In this document: positions 17,896 to 27,892 of the stretch, piece after piece
Layout of the letters: every line of letters starts with the position of its first letter
How positions within the stretch are numbered: position 1 is the stretch's first letter
Origin: Candidatus Thorarchaeota archaeon
GTDB taxonomy: Archaea; Asgardarchaeota; Thorarchaeia; Thorarchaeales; Thorarchaeaceae
Direction of reading: 5' to 3'
Assembly (NCBI GenBank): GCA_004524445.1
Contig: SDNP01000018.1
Location: forward strand, 1 to 60,107
Length of the DNA: 60,107 nucleotides
Notes under the pieces: model-generated
The model's database searches: none
What the model saw: the letters and a program-made list of their open reading frames with translations, nothing else
Told to the model about the DNA's origin: nothing
Position numbers and translations under genes: made by a program

Positions 17896-19857
17896 TCATT
17901 CAAGACTGGAAAGGTACTCCGTGATCATAGCTGAGATTTGACCATCGGTATAATGCTGGGAGGATATAGCTCCACTGGGACAGGTACTCGTACATGTGCC
18001 GCATCCTTTGCATAAGGCGGGATTGACTTCTGCGTGTCCTCGTTCATTTACACTAATCGCATTATAGGGACAGACGGATATACAAACATGACAGCCTGCA
18101 CATTTGTCTTCGTCAACCACACTGAAATATGGTTCAATAGAGACCTTACCTTTACCCATCAGAGCCATAGCACCAGCGGCTGCAGCTTTGGCCTGTGAAA
18201 CAGTATCAGGGATATCCTTTGGACCCTGTGCCATTCCAGCCACAAAGATTCCATCATTGAAGGAATCTACTGGTCTCAGCTTCGGGTGCGCTTCCATAAG
18301 GAAACCATCCGGAGACTCGCTAAGGCCAAGTTTCTTTGAGATGTCTTTCGCTTTTGCGGGAGGTACTACACCTGTAGATAGTACAACAAGGTCAACGTCA
18401 GTAAGCTCCATGGGTTTGCTGAGTAGTGTATCTTCACCGCGTACTGTAAGGGTTTGATCATTGTTTTCCAGTATCTCGCCAACCCTACCGCGTATGAAGG
18501 TCACTCCTGCTTTGGAGGTGGATTCATAGAACTCCTCGTATCCTTTTCCGAAGGTTCTCAGGTCAATATAGAAGACCCAAATTTGAGCACCTGTCTTGTC
18601 ACGAATCATCCTAGCTTGCTTTATAGCTGTCATGCAGCATACTCTGGAACAATACCTGTTGGTGAGCTCATCTCGACTTCCCACACACTGAATGTAGACA
18701 ATCTTTTTGGGTTCCTTCAAGTCGGAGGGCCGAACAACATGTCCCTGAGTTGGTCCTGCAGAGCTGAGCATCCGTTCAACTTCACCGAGATTTACAACAT
18801 TCAAATACTCGCCATAACCGTACTCGTCCTTTTGTGTTGCATCGAAGAGCTCGAATCCTGTGGAAACAATGATTGTTCCGACAGTAAGCTCGAATGTCTT
18901 CTCATGGTCATCATAATCGATTGCTTCAGCCTCACATGCCTCTTTGCACTTGCCGCATCGCACTGCATCTACGCCAAGACAATTCGCCATATCCAAGAGA
19001 TATACTGACGGTACAGCCTGTGCAAAGGGGATATAGATGGCCTTGCGATAGGCAAGACTTGCATCAAACTCAGATGGTATATCCACAGGGCAAATATCTG
19101 AACAATCCCCGCAGGAGGTGCACTTATCCTCAATGACATAACGAGGGCGTTGTTTCACGGTGACTTGGAAGTTGCCAACGTAGCCATCCACCTTTTCCAC
19201 CTCAGCCATGGTGAGTAGCTCAATATTGGGATGAGAACCCACCTCAGCCATTCGCGGAGTCAAAATACAAGAAGAACAATCTAGCGTCGGAAAAGTCTTG
19301 TCCCATTGAGCCATATGGCCGCCTATAGTGGGTTCCTTTTCTACCATGTAAACTTTGAATCCTGCATTAGCTAGGTCAAGAGCAGCAGAGATTCCTGCTA
19401 TACCAGCGCCTATGATAAGCGTCCGTTTCTCAATGGCAACCTCTTTCTCCTCTAGAGGCTCCAGAAGCCTAGCTCGAGCAACAGCCATACGCACCAGATC
19501 CATTGCTTTCTCAGTCGCAAGGTCAGGCTGCTCAGAATGTATCCAGCTGACATGTTCACGGATATTTGCAATTTCAAGCAGGTAGGGATTCAATCCAGCC
19601 TGCCTCATGGTCTCTCGAAATGTCGGTTCATGCATACGGGGACTGCATGCGGCGATGACAATGCGGTTCAAGCGATGTTCCTTGATGCGGTCCTTTAGAA
19701 TCTGCTGACCCGGCTTAGAACAGACATATTTGTAGTCCTCAGCATGGACAACCCCAGGTAAGTCCTGTACTGCTTCAATAACCTTTTCCACATCCACTAC
19801 GCCAGCTATATTGCTGCCACAATGACAGACGAAGACACCGATTTGTTCTTCAGGCAT
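17896..19857 (-). CDS. hdrA: Heterodisulfide reductase subunit A-like flavoprotein
   Basis: GVFVCHCGSNIAG, ACSPRMHE, GAGIAG, KTFPTLDCSSC, QCVGSRD, YCSRVCC, GPKDIPD, ferredoxin motifs. Confidence 0.96.
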   Translation of the reverse strand: MPEEQIGVFVCHCGSNIAGVVDVEKVIEAVQDLPGVVHAEDYKYVCSKPGQQILKDRIKEHRLNRIVIAACSPRMHEPTFRETMRQAGLNPYLLEIANIREHVSWIHSEQPDLATEKAMDLVRMAVARARLLEPLEEKEVAIEKRTLIIGAGIAGISAALDLANAGFKVYMVEKEPTIGGHMAQWDKTFPTLDCSSCILTPRMAEVGSHPNIELLTMAEVEKVDGYVGNFQVTVKQRPRYVIEDKCTSCGDCSDICPVDIPSEFDASLAYRKAIYIPFAQAVPSVYLLDMANCLGVDAVRCGKCKEACEAEAIDYDDHEKTFELTVGTIIVSTGFELFDATQKDEYGYGEYLNVVNLGEVERMLSSAGPTQGHVVRPSDLKEPKKIVYIQCVGSRDELTNRYCSRVCCMTAIKQARMIRDKTGAQIWVFYIDLRTFGKGYEEFYESTSKAGVTFIRGRVGEILENNDQTLTVRGEDTLLSKPMELTDVDLVVLSTGVVPPAKAKDISKKLGLSESPDGFLMEAHPKLRPVDSFNDGIFVAGMAQGPKDIPDTVSQAKAAAAGAMALMGKGKVSIEPYFSVVDEDKCAGCHVCISVCPYNAISVNERGHAEVNPALCKGCGTCTSTCPSGAISSQHYTDGQISAMITEYLSSLE

Positions 19858-20011
19858 TTTTTGCTCCTCTGTGCCTTGGATTCACATGTATTGCGGGTTT
19901 CGGAGCGCCGCCAAACGCTCGTCCGAGGCTTTAGTCTCGCATTAATTTTGTAGTAAAAACATTATTGGTCTGAGGAATAAAGCATTGTAAAGCAGGCTCA
20001 AATCCAATTCA

Positions 20012-20785
20012 TTGAATCTCTATCCTCATTTTCATGAGTGCACAGTGTTTCAAAAAAATGCATTGGCAACGCGCACAGAATTTGATATGAGGTTCCGAGA
20101 AAGAAACATAAATCCTTCATGCTATGTGGGTGTGATTATCTTGCAGATCGACATCCCGGTGTCCCTATTTGATATGACGGGTGTCTCGTTACTCCTACTT
20201 TCTGCAATCGACATCTTGCTGCATATATGGCTAGATTGGTCAAAGCTGAAAATGCAAGGTAGTATTAGAGAACGGGAACCAGAGTTCAGTACGCCAACCG
20301 GAGCAATGATTGCAGCCAGCATCTCGACTCTTCTATCTTTTTCACTTGTGCTGATAATCATATACTCATGGGGTAGTGGTTCTGGACTTGGTTTTCTCAG
20401 TACCTTTTTGATTTACGTTTTCTTGCAGAGTGAAGTTCTTTGGACAATTGGATATATCTTGACTTCTCTAGGGATAGTACTTCATATATGGTCCCGGTAT
20501 ACAAGGCAGGAGATGGCAACATCATGGGCGATGGATAAGGAACATAGATTGGTTACCAGTGGCCCCTATTCTTTCATTAGACATCCATCTTATTCGGCTT
20601 ATATCGTGTGTTTTATTGGACTATTTTTGCTGATTCCTTCTTTAGTGACGGCGCTTCTGATTCCGGGAATCTGGGGCTATTATTTAATAGCCAAAAGAGA
20701 AGAGGAAATGCTTTTGGCCCATTTTGGGGATGAATACGTTAAATATAGACAACGTACCGGAATGTTCATTCCGCGGATTCGTTGA
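20012..20785 (+). CDS. ICMT/PEMT family membrane methyltransferase
   Basis: HRLVTSGPYSFIRHPSY, EEEML..FGDEY..Y; real start probably downstream of 20012. Confidence 0.88.
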   Translation: MNLYPHFHECTVFQKNALATRTEFDMRFRERNINPSCYVGVIILQIDIPVSLFDMTGVSLLLLSAIDILLHIWLDWSKLKMQGSIREREPEFSTPTGAMIAASISTLLSFSLVLIIIYSWGSGSGLGFLSTFLIYVFLQSEVLWTIGYILTSLGIVLHIWSRYTRQEMATSWAMDKEHRLVTSGPYSFIRHPSYSAYIVCFIGLFLLIPSLVTALLIPGIWGYYLIAKREEEMLLAHFGDEYVKYRQRTGMFIPRIR

Positions 20786-20842
20786 CCAAAACCATAAAAG
20801 GCAGCTTTTGGCGTTCGAAGTCAGTCTAAGGGAGGCCATTGA

Positions 20843-21616
20843 ATGCCCAGGAAAGTATGGAATTATATAATGGAAAAGCTCGAGAATGAGGGCGCATGCC
20901 ATTTTTCGCTGCTTGATCCCGACCCAATCAAGATGACCACGGATACAGTGGTGGAAATAGCTGAATTGGCTGAGAAGGCAGGAACTGATGCTATCATGAT
21001 TGGCGGGAGTACAATCTTTGGGATGATTGACGATGCAGTAGATTCCATCACACGGGCTGTGGACATCCCCACAATTCTGTTTCCAGGCAACATATCTGGC
21101 GTTTCCGGAAAAGCAGATGCAATGTTTTTCATGAGCCTGCTAAACAGCACTAACCCGTATTGGATAGTTGGTGCACAGGCACTAGCTGCTGCAGGGGTAA
21201 AGATGGCTGAGATAGAAACCATTCCTATGGCATATCTAATGGTAGCACCAGGAAAGACGGCAGCTTGGGTAGGCGATGCGAAGGTCTTTCCCAGAGATAA
21301 ACCCAAACTTGCTCTTATGTACGCCTTAGCAGCTGAATTGATGGGGTTCAAACTAGTATACTTGGAAGCGGGGAGCGGTGCAGACGGAGGCGGCGTTCCA
21401 TCTGAGTTTATCTCAACGGTATCACAATTTGCAGATATTCCGGTAATTACCGGTGGGGGCTTCAACACTGCTGAAGATGTCATCAGGGGAGTAGAGGCAG
21501 GGGCGTCGATTATTGTACAAGGAACATATTTGGAAAAGCACGTTGTAAAAGACCAAGGCAAGGGCTTGGAGAAAATTGTAAGCGCGCTCAAGAGAGCAGG
21601 CAAGAAACGTATCTAA
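20843..21616 (+). CDS. Geranylgeranylglyceryl phosphate synthase
   Basis: LLDPD, IMIGGS, ILFPG, MSLLNS, YLEAGSG, GGG. Confidence 0.95.
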   Translation: MPRKVWNYIMEKLENEGACHFSLLDPDPIKMTTDTVVEIAELAEKAGTDAIMIGGSTIFGMIDDAVDSITRAVDIPTILFPGNISGVSGKADAMFFMSLLNSTNPYWIVGAQALAAAGVKMAEIETIPMAYLMVAPGKTAAWVGDAKVFPRDKPKLALMYALAAELMGFKLVYLEAGSGADGGGVPSEFISTVSQFADIPVITGGGFNTAEDVIRGVEAGASIIVQGTYLEKHVVKDQGKGLEKIVSALKRAGKKRI

Positions 21617-21699
21617 TAAAACGAGCATTCGTGCTGGTCATGTTTAAATACTCGTTACTAGAGTCAATGACTAACGCCTTCTAAGGGAGGAAACCGCAC

Positions 21700-22092
21700 G
21701 TGTCTTCGAAGACAGAGATTCTCACCTCATTACTGGAAGAATTGAGTAGGGCATCGCAAGGGAATATACAAGCTGCCCTAGTTATATCACGGTCACAGGG
21801 ACTAACGATTTGCTCATATTATCCTCCAAATGCACCAGAAGGTACTGTTCCCCAAGAGGATGTTATAGCAGGCCGTTGTACTCAAATCCAGATGGCAACT
21901 GGAAAGGTGTTCAAGGAATTGCAGCGTGGTCCGCTAGTCCGAATGCTGATTGAGGGCAATGACGGATATGTCATAATCGGAGGAGCCGGAGAAGATGCCA
22001 TTCTTGCTGTATTGACCAATAGAAGGGTGAATCTGGGATACCTGTTCTTTATGATGAGTAAGATTGCCCGTCAGATTGCTGCAAGCCTCTAA
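21700..22092 (+). CDS. Roadblock/LC7 domain protein
   Basis: AALVISRSQGLTI, ELQRGPLVRMLIEGNDGYVII...AILAVL...NLG pattern; 130 aa. Confidence 0.88.
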   Translation: MSSKTEILTSLLEELSRASQGNIQAALVISRSQGLTICSYYPPNAPEGTVPQEDVIAGRCTQIQMATGKVFKELQRGPLVRMLIEGNDGYVIIGGAGEDAILAVLTNRRVNLGYLFFMMSKIARQIAASL

Positions 22093-22150
22093 AACAAGCA
22101 TTCCAACACTTTTATCTTGAATAGAGAGGAGTCTGCAAATATAGAGATAC

Positions 22151-23095
22151 ATGGTGATTGCAGTGCCAGAAGAGAAACCAAAAGAGGTAAAGAATGGCGA
22201 GGAATCGGACGATCCTTGGAAAAAATGGAAAGAGGCGGGAGTAGTTGCTAGAGAGGCACTCGAGATAGCCAGGCCGATGATAAAACCAGATGCGAAAGTA
22301 CTGGATATTGTAGAAGCAGTTGAAGGCTATATTCTGGAGAACGCTACAGGTCTATCCTTCCCTTGTAATGTTGCAATCAACCAAATCGCCGCACACTACA
22401 CCTCAGCATTAGATGATGAAACGGTGATTAACGAAAACGATTTAGTCACTATTGACGTTGGCGCTCATATTGACGGATGTATCTCAGACTCTGCATTCAC
22501 AGTTGCTCTCGACCCGGATCACGAAGACTTAGTTGAAGCCTCAAAGGAGGCCACAGAGACAGCCATCAAAATGATGAGGCCAGGTGCCAAATTAAACACC
22601 ATCGGCGCCCTCATTCAAGATACAATTGAGAATGCAGGATTCAAGCCAGTAAAGCAACTGACAGGACACCAACTCAAGGAATACGAGCTTCATTCTGAAA
22701 AGCAAGTACCTTGTGTTGCAGGGAAGTCTGAGGTCCTAGTTGAAGAGGGAGAGATTTACGCCATTGAAACCTTCGCATCAACGGGTTCAGGAAATGTCAC
22801 CGACCTCCCCAATCCTCAAATCTATCAGCTCCTTCCGATCAGAGTTCCAGTGCGGTTCAGTGGTTCTAAGAAATTTCTGGGAATCGCCCGTCGTGAATAC
22901 AAGGAATTCCCTTTTGCAGAGAGATGGCTTGCCAAGAGAATGGGGCATGCGAAACTGAAAATGGCAATTCGTGAACTCACTCAAAATGGTGTATTAATCG
23001 GTCATAATATTCTTACAGAAGAGAAAACAAAACTGGTTTCACAACATGAACATACGATTATCGTAACAGAAGATGGTGCGCTCCAGACTACCTAG
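22151..23095 (+). CDS. map: Type II methionine aminopeptidase
   Basis: FPCN, AAHY, DVGAHIDG.ISDSA, LTGH, AIETF, QHEHT. Confidence 0.96.
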   Translation: MVIAVPEEKPKEVKNGEESDDPWKKWKEAGVVAREALEIARPMIKPDAKVLDIVEAVEGYILENATGLSFPCNVAINQIAAHYTSALDDETVINENDLVTIDVGAHIDGCISDSAFTVALDPDHEDLVEASKEATETAIKMMRPGAKLNTIGALIQDTIENAGFKPVKQLTGHQLKEYELHSEKQVPCVAGKSEVLVEEGEIYAIETFASTGSGNVTDLPNPQIYQLLPIRVPVRFSGSKKFLGIARREYKEFPFAERWLAKRMGHAKLKMAIRELTQNGVLIGHNILTEEKTKLVSQHEHTIIVTEDGALQTT

Positions 23096-23220
23096 AGTCT
23101 GATTCAAGCATCATGGTTATTCTGGAGACCGGAAGCAGAGCCCAAAATCATTAAAAGTATATTTTCAGTTGTATATAGAGTGGAACCCGGGAGATTAACA
23201 TTCACTTCTATGACCACCCA

Positions 23221-24258
23221 GTGACATATACCTTCATTCGCGGTCCCACCATTATTGGAGGAGAGAGAGTGGAGGAATCACAGGCGAAAGCATCTAAGAA
23301 GGGAGGTCAGCTTAATGCCTCAAGTGAGGAAATTAGATGTACCGAGTGTGGTTGCACCACCGTAGTAGAGGACCTCGCGCGCGGCGAAAAGGTTTGCAGC
23401 AATTGTGGTTTGGTTCTTTCCGATCATCGAATTGATAGTGGAGCTGAATGGAGGGCATTCAGTGCTGAGGAGGCAGACGCTAGAAGTCGAGTTGGTGCGC
23501 CCATGAGGTATACAGTACATGATAAAGGGCTCTCCACTGTAATAGATTGGCGTGATAGAGACAACTCTGGCAGGAAGTTGAGCGCATCACAAAGATCCCA
23601 GATCTATAGACTCCGTAAATGGCAGATACGTTCTCGAGTACATAGCTCAATAGACAGGAACTTGGCTCAGGCAATGTCGGAGCTAGAGAGGTTATCGTCT
23701 CAGCTAGGTATTCCCAATCCGATTCGAGAGATTGCTGCTCTTTTATATAGGAAAGCAATCCAGAAACAACTGGTTAGAGGGCGGTCGATTGAGGCAATGG
23801 TCGCAGCTACGCTTTATGCAGCATGTAGAATTCGTGAGAAACCGCGACCTTTGGACGAGGTTGCTGATGCCACCAGAATTGACAAGAAAAAACTCGGTCA
23901 ATGTTATCGGTTGCTTCTTCGCCACATAAAAGTCAAGATCCCGCTCTCGAATCCTGTGGACTATATCTCAAGATTCTCTACAGAATTGGACTTGTCAAGC
24001 CAGGTACAACTGCGAACCATTGAGATTCTAAAGCGGAGCCGAGATTTGGGACTCACAATCGGAAGAGACCCCCTAGGCCTTGCTGCTGCCGCTATCTATG
24101 TTGCTAGTATCATGTTAGATGATAGAAAAACACAACGGGAGATTGCTCAAGTGGCCCGAGTGACAGAGGTCACTGTTAGAAATCGATACAAAGAGATGGT
24201 AGATAAACTGGGAATAGATACCCTCTCTATGGCGACAAGCAGTTATGACAAGGACTAA
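23221..24258 (+). CDS. tfb: Transcription initiation factor IIB (TFB), paralog 1
   Basis: CxxC...CxxC ribbon, EWRAF, HDKGLST, RLRKWQ, VRGRS, VTEVTVRNRYKE; start possibly the GTG at 23269. Confidence 0.96.
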   Translation: MTYTFIRGPTIIGGERVEESQAKASKKGGQLNASSEEIRCTECGCTTVVEDLARGEKVCSNCGLVLSDHRIDSGAEWRAFSAEEADARSRVGAPMRYTVHDKGLSTVIDWRDRDNSGRKLSASQRSQIYRLRKWQIRSRVHSSIDRNLAQAMSELERLSSQLGIPNPIREIAALLYRKAIQKQLVRGRSIEAMVAATLYAACRIREKPRPLDEVADATRIDKKKLGQCYRLLLRHIKVKIPLSNPVDYISRFSTELDLSSQVQLRTIEILKRSRDLGLTIGRDPLGLAAAAIYVASIMLDDRKTQREIAQVARVTEVTVRNRYKEMVDKLGIDTLSMATSSYDKD

Positions 24259-24304
24259 GGCATGTTGCCATGTCCAGTAGTAGGATCTCTGCCACAATTC
24301 TGTA

Positions 24305-24646
24305 TTATCTTCGCCTTGAAGAGCTTTGAGACCAATCTATTACAATCTGCTCCTCCGGAAAGCCCATCTTGGACAAGACATCCTTAATGGTGCCTCTATG
24401 GTCACCCTGTAATTCGATGTGACCATGCTTGGCTGCTCCGCCACAGGCCAATTTAGATTTGAGTTTTGAGGCCAAATCCCCAAGGTCGATATTCTTATCG
24501 AATCCTTCAACGACCGTATATACCCGGCCCCACTTTCTTCGTTCAATATTCACAGTAATACGCGCTTCTTCCTGAGCGATTGTTTCACAAACACACAAAT
24601 CCTGAGGAAGACCGCAATTCGGACAGATTCCACCTTCATCCGGCAC
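24305..24646 (-). CDS. Translation initiation factor aIF-1 (SUI1)
   Basis: CPNCGLPQDLCVC, LKSKLACGG, IELQGDHR. Confidence 0.95.
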   Translation of the reverse strand: MPDEGGICPNCGLPQDLCVCETIAQEEARITVNIERRKWGRVYTVVEGFDKNIDLGDLASKLKSKLACGGAAKHGHIELQGDHRGTIKDVLSKMGFPEEQIVIDWSQSSSRRR

Positions 24647-24781
24647 TAAGTTACTTACTCCTGATTGTTAATTTTAGCACGAAGCTATGCTGTTAGGGAT
24701 GATTTCACCCATATAAGTGATTTCTCTCAGTATAAATGTAGCAAGAGTAAAATGTGACCTGTCGGATGTATTCATTGAACA

Positions 24782-26389
24782 ATGGCAAATCGAGTGCTGA
24801 TCGTGGATGCCCTAAGCGCGGGAAAGGGAACTAGGACTAGTTCACGCGATAGCATTGGTTGTGGACCGAGAACCATTGCCGGAGTGATGCAGAGAGAAGG
24901 GCTTGAGTGTAGAATTGTTCGTGCGGAAGAACTCATATCAGGTCTGAGAAAATGGAAGGCTTTCGAGAACCTTGCAATTAGTGCCATGACTATGGATACT
25001 CCTGCAGTGAGAACGATAGCAAAGAATTGGAGAAGATTACATAGAGCCGGCCGTATCCTCATTGGAGGGCCGATAGCATTTGAAGCAGAGAAAATATTGA
25101 GAAAGACTCAAGCAGATGCATTGGTTATTGGTGAGGGGGAGGGCACCCTCAAAGAGTTGGTCCATCAGGGATTCTTCGGCGAGAAAATAGACCTCAGTTC
25201 GATTGATGGAATCGCGTATAGAGAGAATGGAAGAACCATCACAACCAAGCAACGCGAATACATTTCGGAGGAGGAGCTATCCGATAAGTACCGCCCCTCG
25301 GTTAATAGGATAGTTGATTACAAAGGCTATAGAGCCAGTAGGGTCTACGTCGAAGCTGTAAGAGGTTGTTCGAATTTTAATAGAACAAAAACTCAGCTTC
25401 CGGATGGCAGAGTATGTTCAGAGTGCGGAAACTGTGACTCCGAAGATCCTATGGAACGTTTCCAGTGTCCAGAGGATATTCCTCCAGGTTGTGGATTCTG
25501 TAGTGTGCCCGCCACTTGGGGGCCACCTAGAAGTCGTAATGAACATGAAATTGTCACTGAGGTTAGAGAACTGCTATTGCTAGGTGTTCACCGTATCGTC
25601 CTTGAAGCTCCCGGCTTCCTTGATTACAAGAGAAATGGTGAACATGAGCCTCTCACCGACCCCTGCAGGCCCCCACCAAACTTGGATGCTATCTCATCCC
25701 TTCTACAGGAATTGACAAGTCTCCCAGAGTTTGAAAAAGGTATGGCCCATATCACTATAGAGAACATCAAGGCCTGCCTCTTCACCGAAGAGGTTGCAGA
25801 AACCCTTTCTAGATTCCTTGGTGATATTTCACCAAATATCGGATTAGAAACAGGATCAGAGCGCCACTCAGAACTTATTGGCAAATGTGGCGGGCCACAA
25901 CAAGTGGTTGACTCAGTTCGGACTGCTAGAAAGTACAACATGCATCCATTTGTTTATTTCATCTATGGACTGCCTGGAGAGGATGAAGAATCACTGAAGG
26001 ACTCGCTCAGAATAATGAATGAGGTGAGTAGTGCTGGTGCAGAGAGAATCATATTATACGGCTTTAGACCTCTACCCAACTCTGCTTTTGCTGATTTTCC
26101 ATCCCCGACATCATCATATCGGTATGGTCAAATTCTGAAGAAACAAGCTTCCAAAATCAATCGTAGGAAGAAAAAGAACTATCTTGGAGAGAGAGTTCGA
26201 GGAATTGCCGCCGAGCCCTCCAGCACACATCATGGATTTACTATGGTATATCCCTTAGCAGAAGGCCCTCTGATGACGGTTCGGGGAGGGTACTCATCAG
26301 GTCGCATATTGGATGTCAGAGTCACCCAGATTTTGAGCCCAGGGCTTTTGAAGGGGGAAGTTGAGGGAACTCCAACGGATTCAGGTTAG
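24782..26389 (+). CDS. Radical SAM protein with B12-binding-like N-terminus and TRAM-like C-terminus
   Basis: ILIGGP, VIGEGE, VEAVRGC...GCGFC, GLETGS, IYGLPGE. Confidence 0.88.
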   Translation: MANRVLIVDALSAGKGTRTSSRDSIGCGPRTIAGVMQREGLECRIVRAEELISGLRKWKAFENLAISAMTMDTPAVRTIAKNWRRLHRAGRILIGGPIAFEAEKILRKTQADALVIGEGEGTLKELVHQGFFGEKIDLSSIDGIAYRENGRTITTKQREYISEEELSDKYRPSVNRIVDYKGYRASRVYVEAVRGCSNFNRTKTQLPDGRVCSECGNCDSEDPMERFQCPEDIPPGCGFCSVPATWGPPRSRNEHEIVTEVRELLLLGVHRIVLEAPGFLDYKRNGEHEPLTDPCRPPPNLDAISSLLQELTSLPEFEKGMAHITIENIKACLFTEEVAETLSRFLGDISPNIGLETGSERHSELIGKCGGPQQVVDSVRTARKYNMHPFVYFIYGLPGEDEESLKDSLRIMNEVSSAGAERIILYGFRPLPNSAFADFPSPTSSYRYGQILKKQASKINRRKKKNYLGERVRGIAAEPSSTHHGFTMVYPLAEGPLMTVRGGYSSGRILDVRVTQILSPGLLKGEVEGTPTDSG

Positions 26390-26488
26390 GTCGTGATGAG
26401 TCGAGGACATGGGAAATGGTTGATAGATGATTTGCTAGAAGAAAAGCTTCATATTGTCAAACCGGAGGTACAACCTTGGTGTTCTGAA

Positions 26489-26632
26489 TTGGTGTACATC
26501 TGCCATGCTTGTAAGCGAGAGGTGACCCCGGAGGGTCTCAAGACACTTCCTGGAGTTAAGTGTCCGTATTGCGGCGGCCGCATTCTCTACAAAGTTAGGC
26601 CACCAGTTGTCAAGCGTGTAAAGGGCGTATAG
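26489..26632 (+). CDS. rpo12: RNA polymerase subunit Rpo12 (P)
   Basis: YICHAC...VKCPYCGGRILYKVRPPVVKRV; start uncertain (frame open from 26393). Confidence 0.9.
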   Translation: MVYICHACKREVTPEGLKTLPGVKCPYCGGRILYKVRPPVVKRVKGV

Positions 26633-26745
26633 GCCGTCAATATTTTCTTTTTAGCCTCTGAATAGCAGATATACTGCTGCCACCATAGATGCTAGAAAAA
26701 GAAGGACAAAAAGTATAGACAGTATCTTTCTTTTTAGTGCATATC

Positions 26746-27714
26746 TCATTCTTTGGTGTCCTCTCCCATCAATACTTTACCAAGCTTTCTAAGCCCCTCG
26801 ATTCCTCTGATTTCATTTTCAAAAAGAGGGACCTCGGTGAGATTCAAATCCTGGTAGAGGTCGCGAATATCTTCAAGATTTTTCTGCTGCATTTTGTGTC
26901 GTTTTGAACAGAATGGGCAGTTAGGATTCTCGGGAACCAGCTGATTGATGATGATATTAGATACTGGAATGTTCCAAGCATTCAGACTGCCAAGAAGTCG
27001 TTGGGTTTCGAAGACAGCCATCGCTTCAGGAATCATAACAATAACGAATTGTGTCGTATCAGGGTCGCTTAGCTCAATGCGTGCCATTCGAATTTTATCC
27101 TTCGTCTGTTGAAGCATATCCCATGAGCTTTGTTCCGCTTCCGCGCCACCAAACATGGACTTCAGTCCGGTCATCATTGAGCTCAATCGCTGTCGCAAGG
27201 TCAGCATTTTTCCAAGCCAGCTATCAAGTAGGTCGGGTAACTCCAGAAGCTTCAAGGTGTGACCTGTTGGTGCGGTATCGAAAACCACTCTGTCATAGGA
27301 TGCATCTTCTATGAATTCAAGCATTTTTCCAAAGGCCATTGCTTCATCTGAGCCAGGAGGAGCCATTCCGCTGACATCGCCTAATAATGAGGATGCCATT
27401 GCCATGTCTTGACCTGCAGCTCCTTCACCAATGCTGTCTTGAAATTCACGCATTCCCTTTTCTGTATCAATTTCCATGCCCCATAACTTGTCAACACCCT
27501 CTATGGGTACGGGGTCTCCACCGGATAAATTCTGATCAAAGCTATCACTTAGTGAGTGAGCGGGATCTGTCGACACAACAAGTGTTCTCAATCCCTGATT
27601 TTCGGATAAGAGGGCCAATGCTCCTGCACAGCTTGTCTTACCCACACCTCCTTTGCCGCCACTGAGAATGAACTTGATGGTTTTGTTCTCTACAATTTCC
27701 TTCAGAGACATCAT
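26746..27714 (-). CDS. Get3/TRC40/ArsA family ATPase, single domain
   Basis: GGKGGVGKTS, STDPAHSLSD, FDTAPTGHT, CPFC. Confidence 0.94.
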   Translation of the reverse strand: MMSLKEIVENKTIKFILSGGKGGVGKTSCAGALALLSENQGLRTLVVSTDPAHSLSDSFDQNLSGGDPVPIEGVDKLWGMEIDTEKGMREFQDSIGEGAAGQDMAMASSLLGDVSGMAPPGSDEAMAFGKMLEFIEDASYDRVVFDTAPTGHTLKLLELPDLLDSWLGKMLTLRQRLSSMMTGLKSMFGGAEAEQSSWDMLQQTKDKIRMARIELSDPDTTQFVIVMIPEAMAVFETQRLLGSLNAWNIPVSNIIINQLVPENPNCPFCSKRHKMQQKNLEDIRDLYQDLNLTEVPLFENEIRGIEGLRKLGKVLMGEDTKE

Positions 27715-27892
27715 GGATTTTCAAATGGGTGAACTGGAGTGGTCTCTATTAATCCTTCCATGAGTACGGAATGTCCTTATTCAGATGGATACTAATAACG
27801 AATGAGAATTGAATATAAGAGAACGACTATACTATTCCAATAGCAACTTATGTTGACGGAATAACCAAAGATGTGCATATAGAGGCGCCCCT

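Noticed and set aside
17863-17898. UGA read-through at the end of hdrA as a possible Sec codon
   Set aside because: It would add only about 11 unremarkable residues before TAG; the protein is already complete and I see no SECIS-like AUGA/GA core downstream
20863-21603. 246-aa antisense ORF over GGGP synthase
   Set aside because: Shadow frame of a conserved gene; S/T/P/A-rich with no motif
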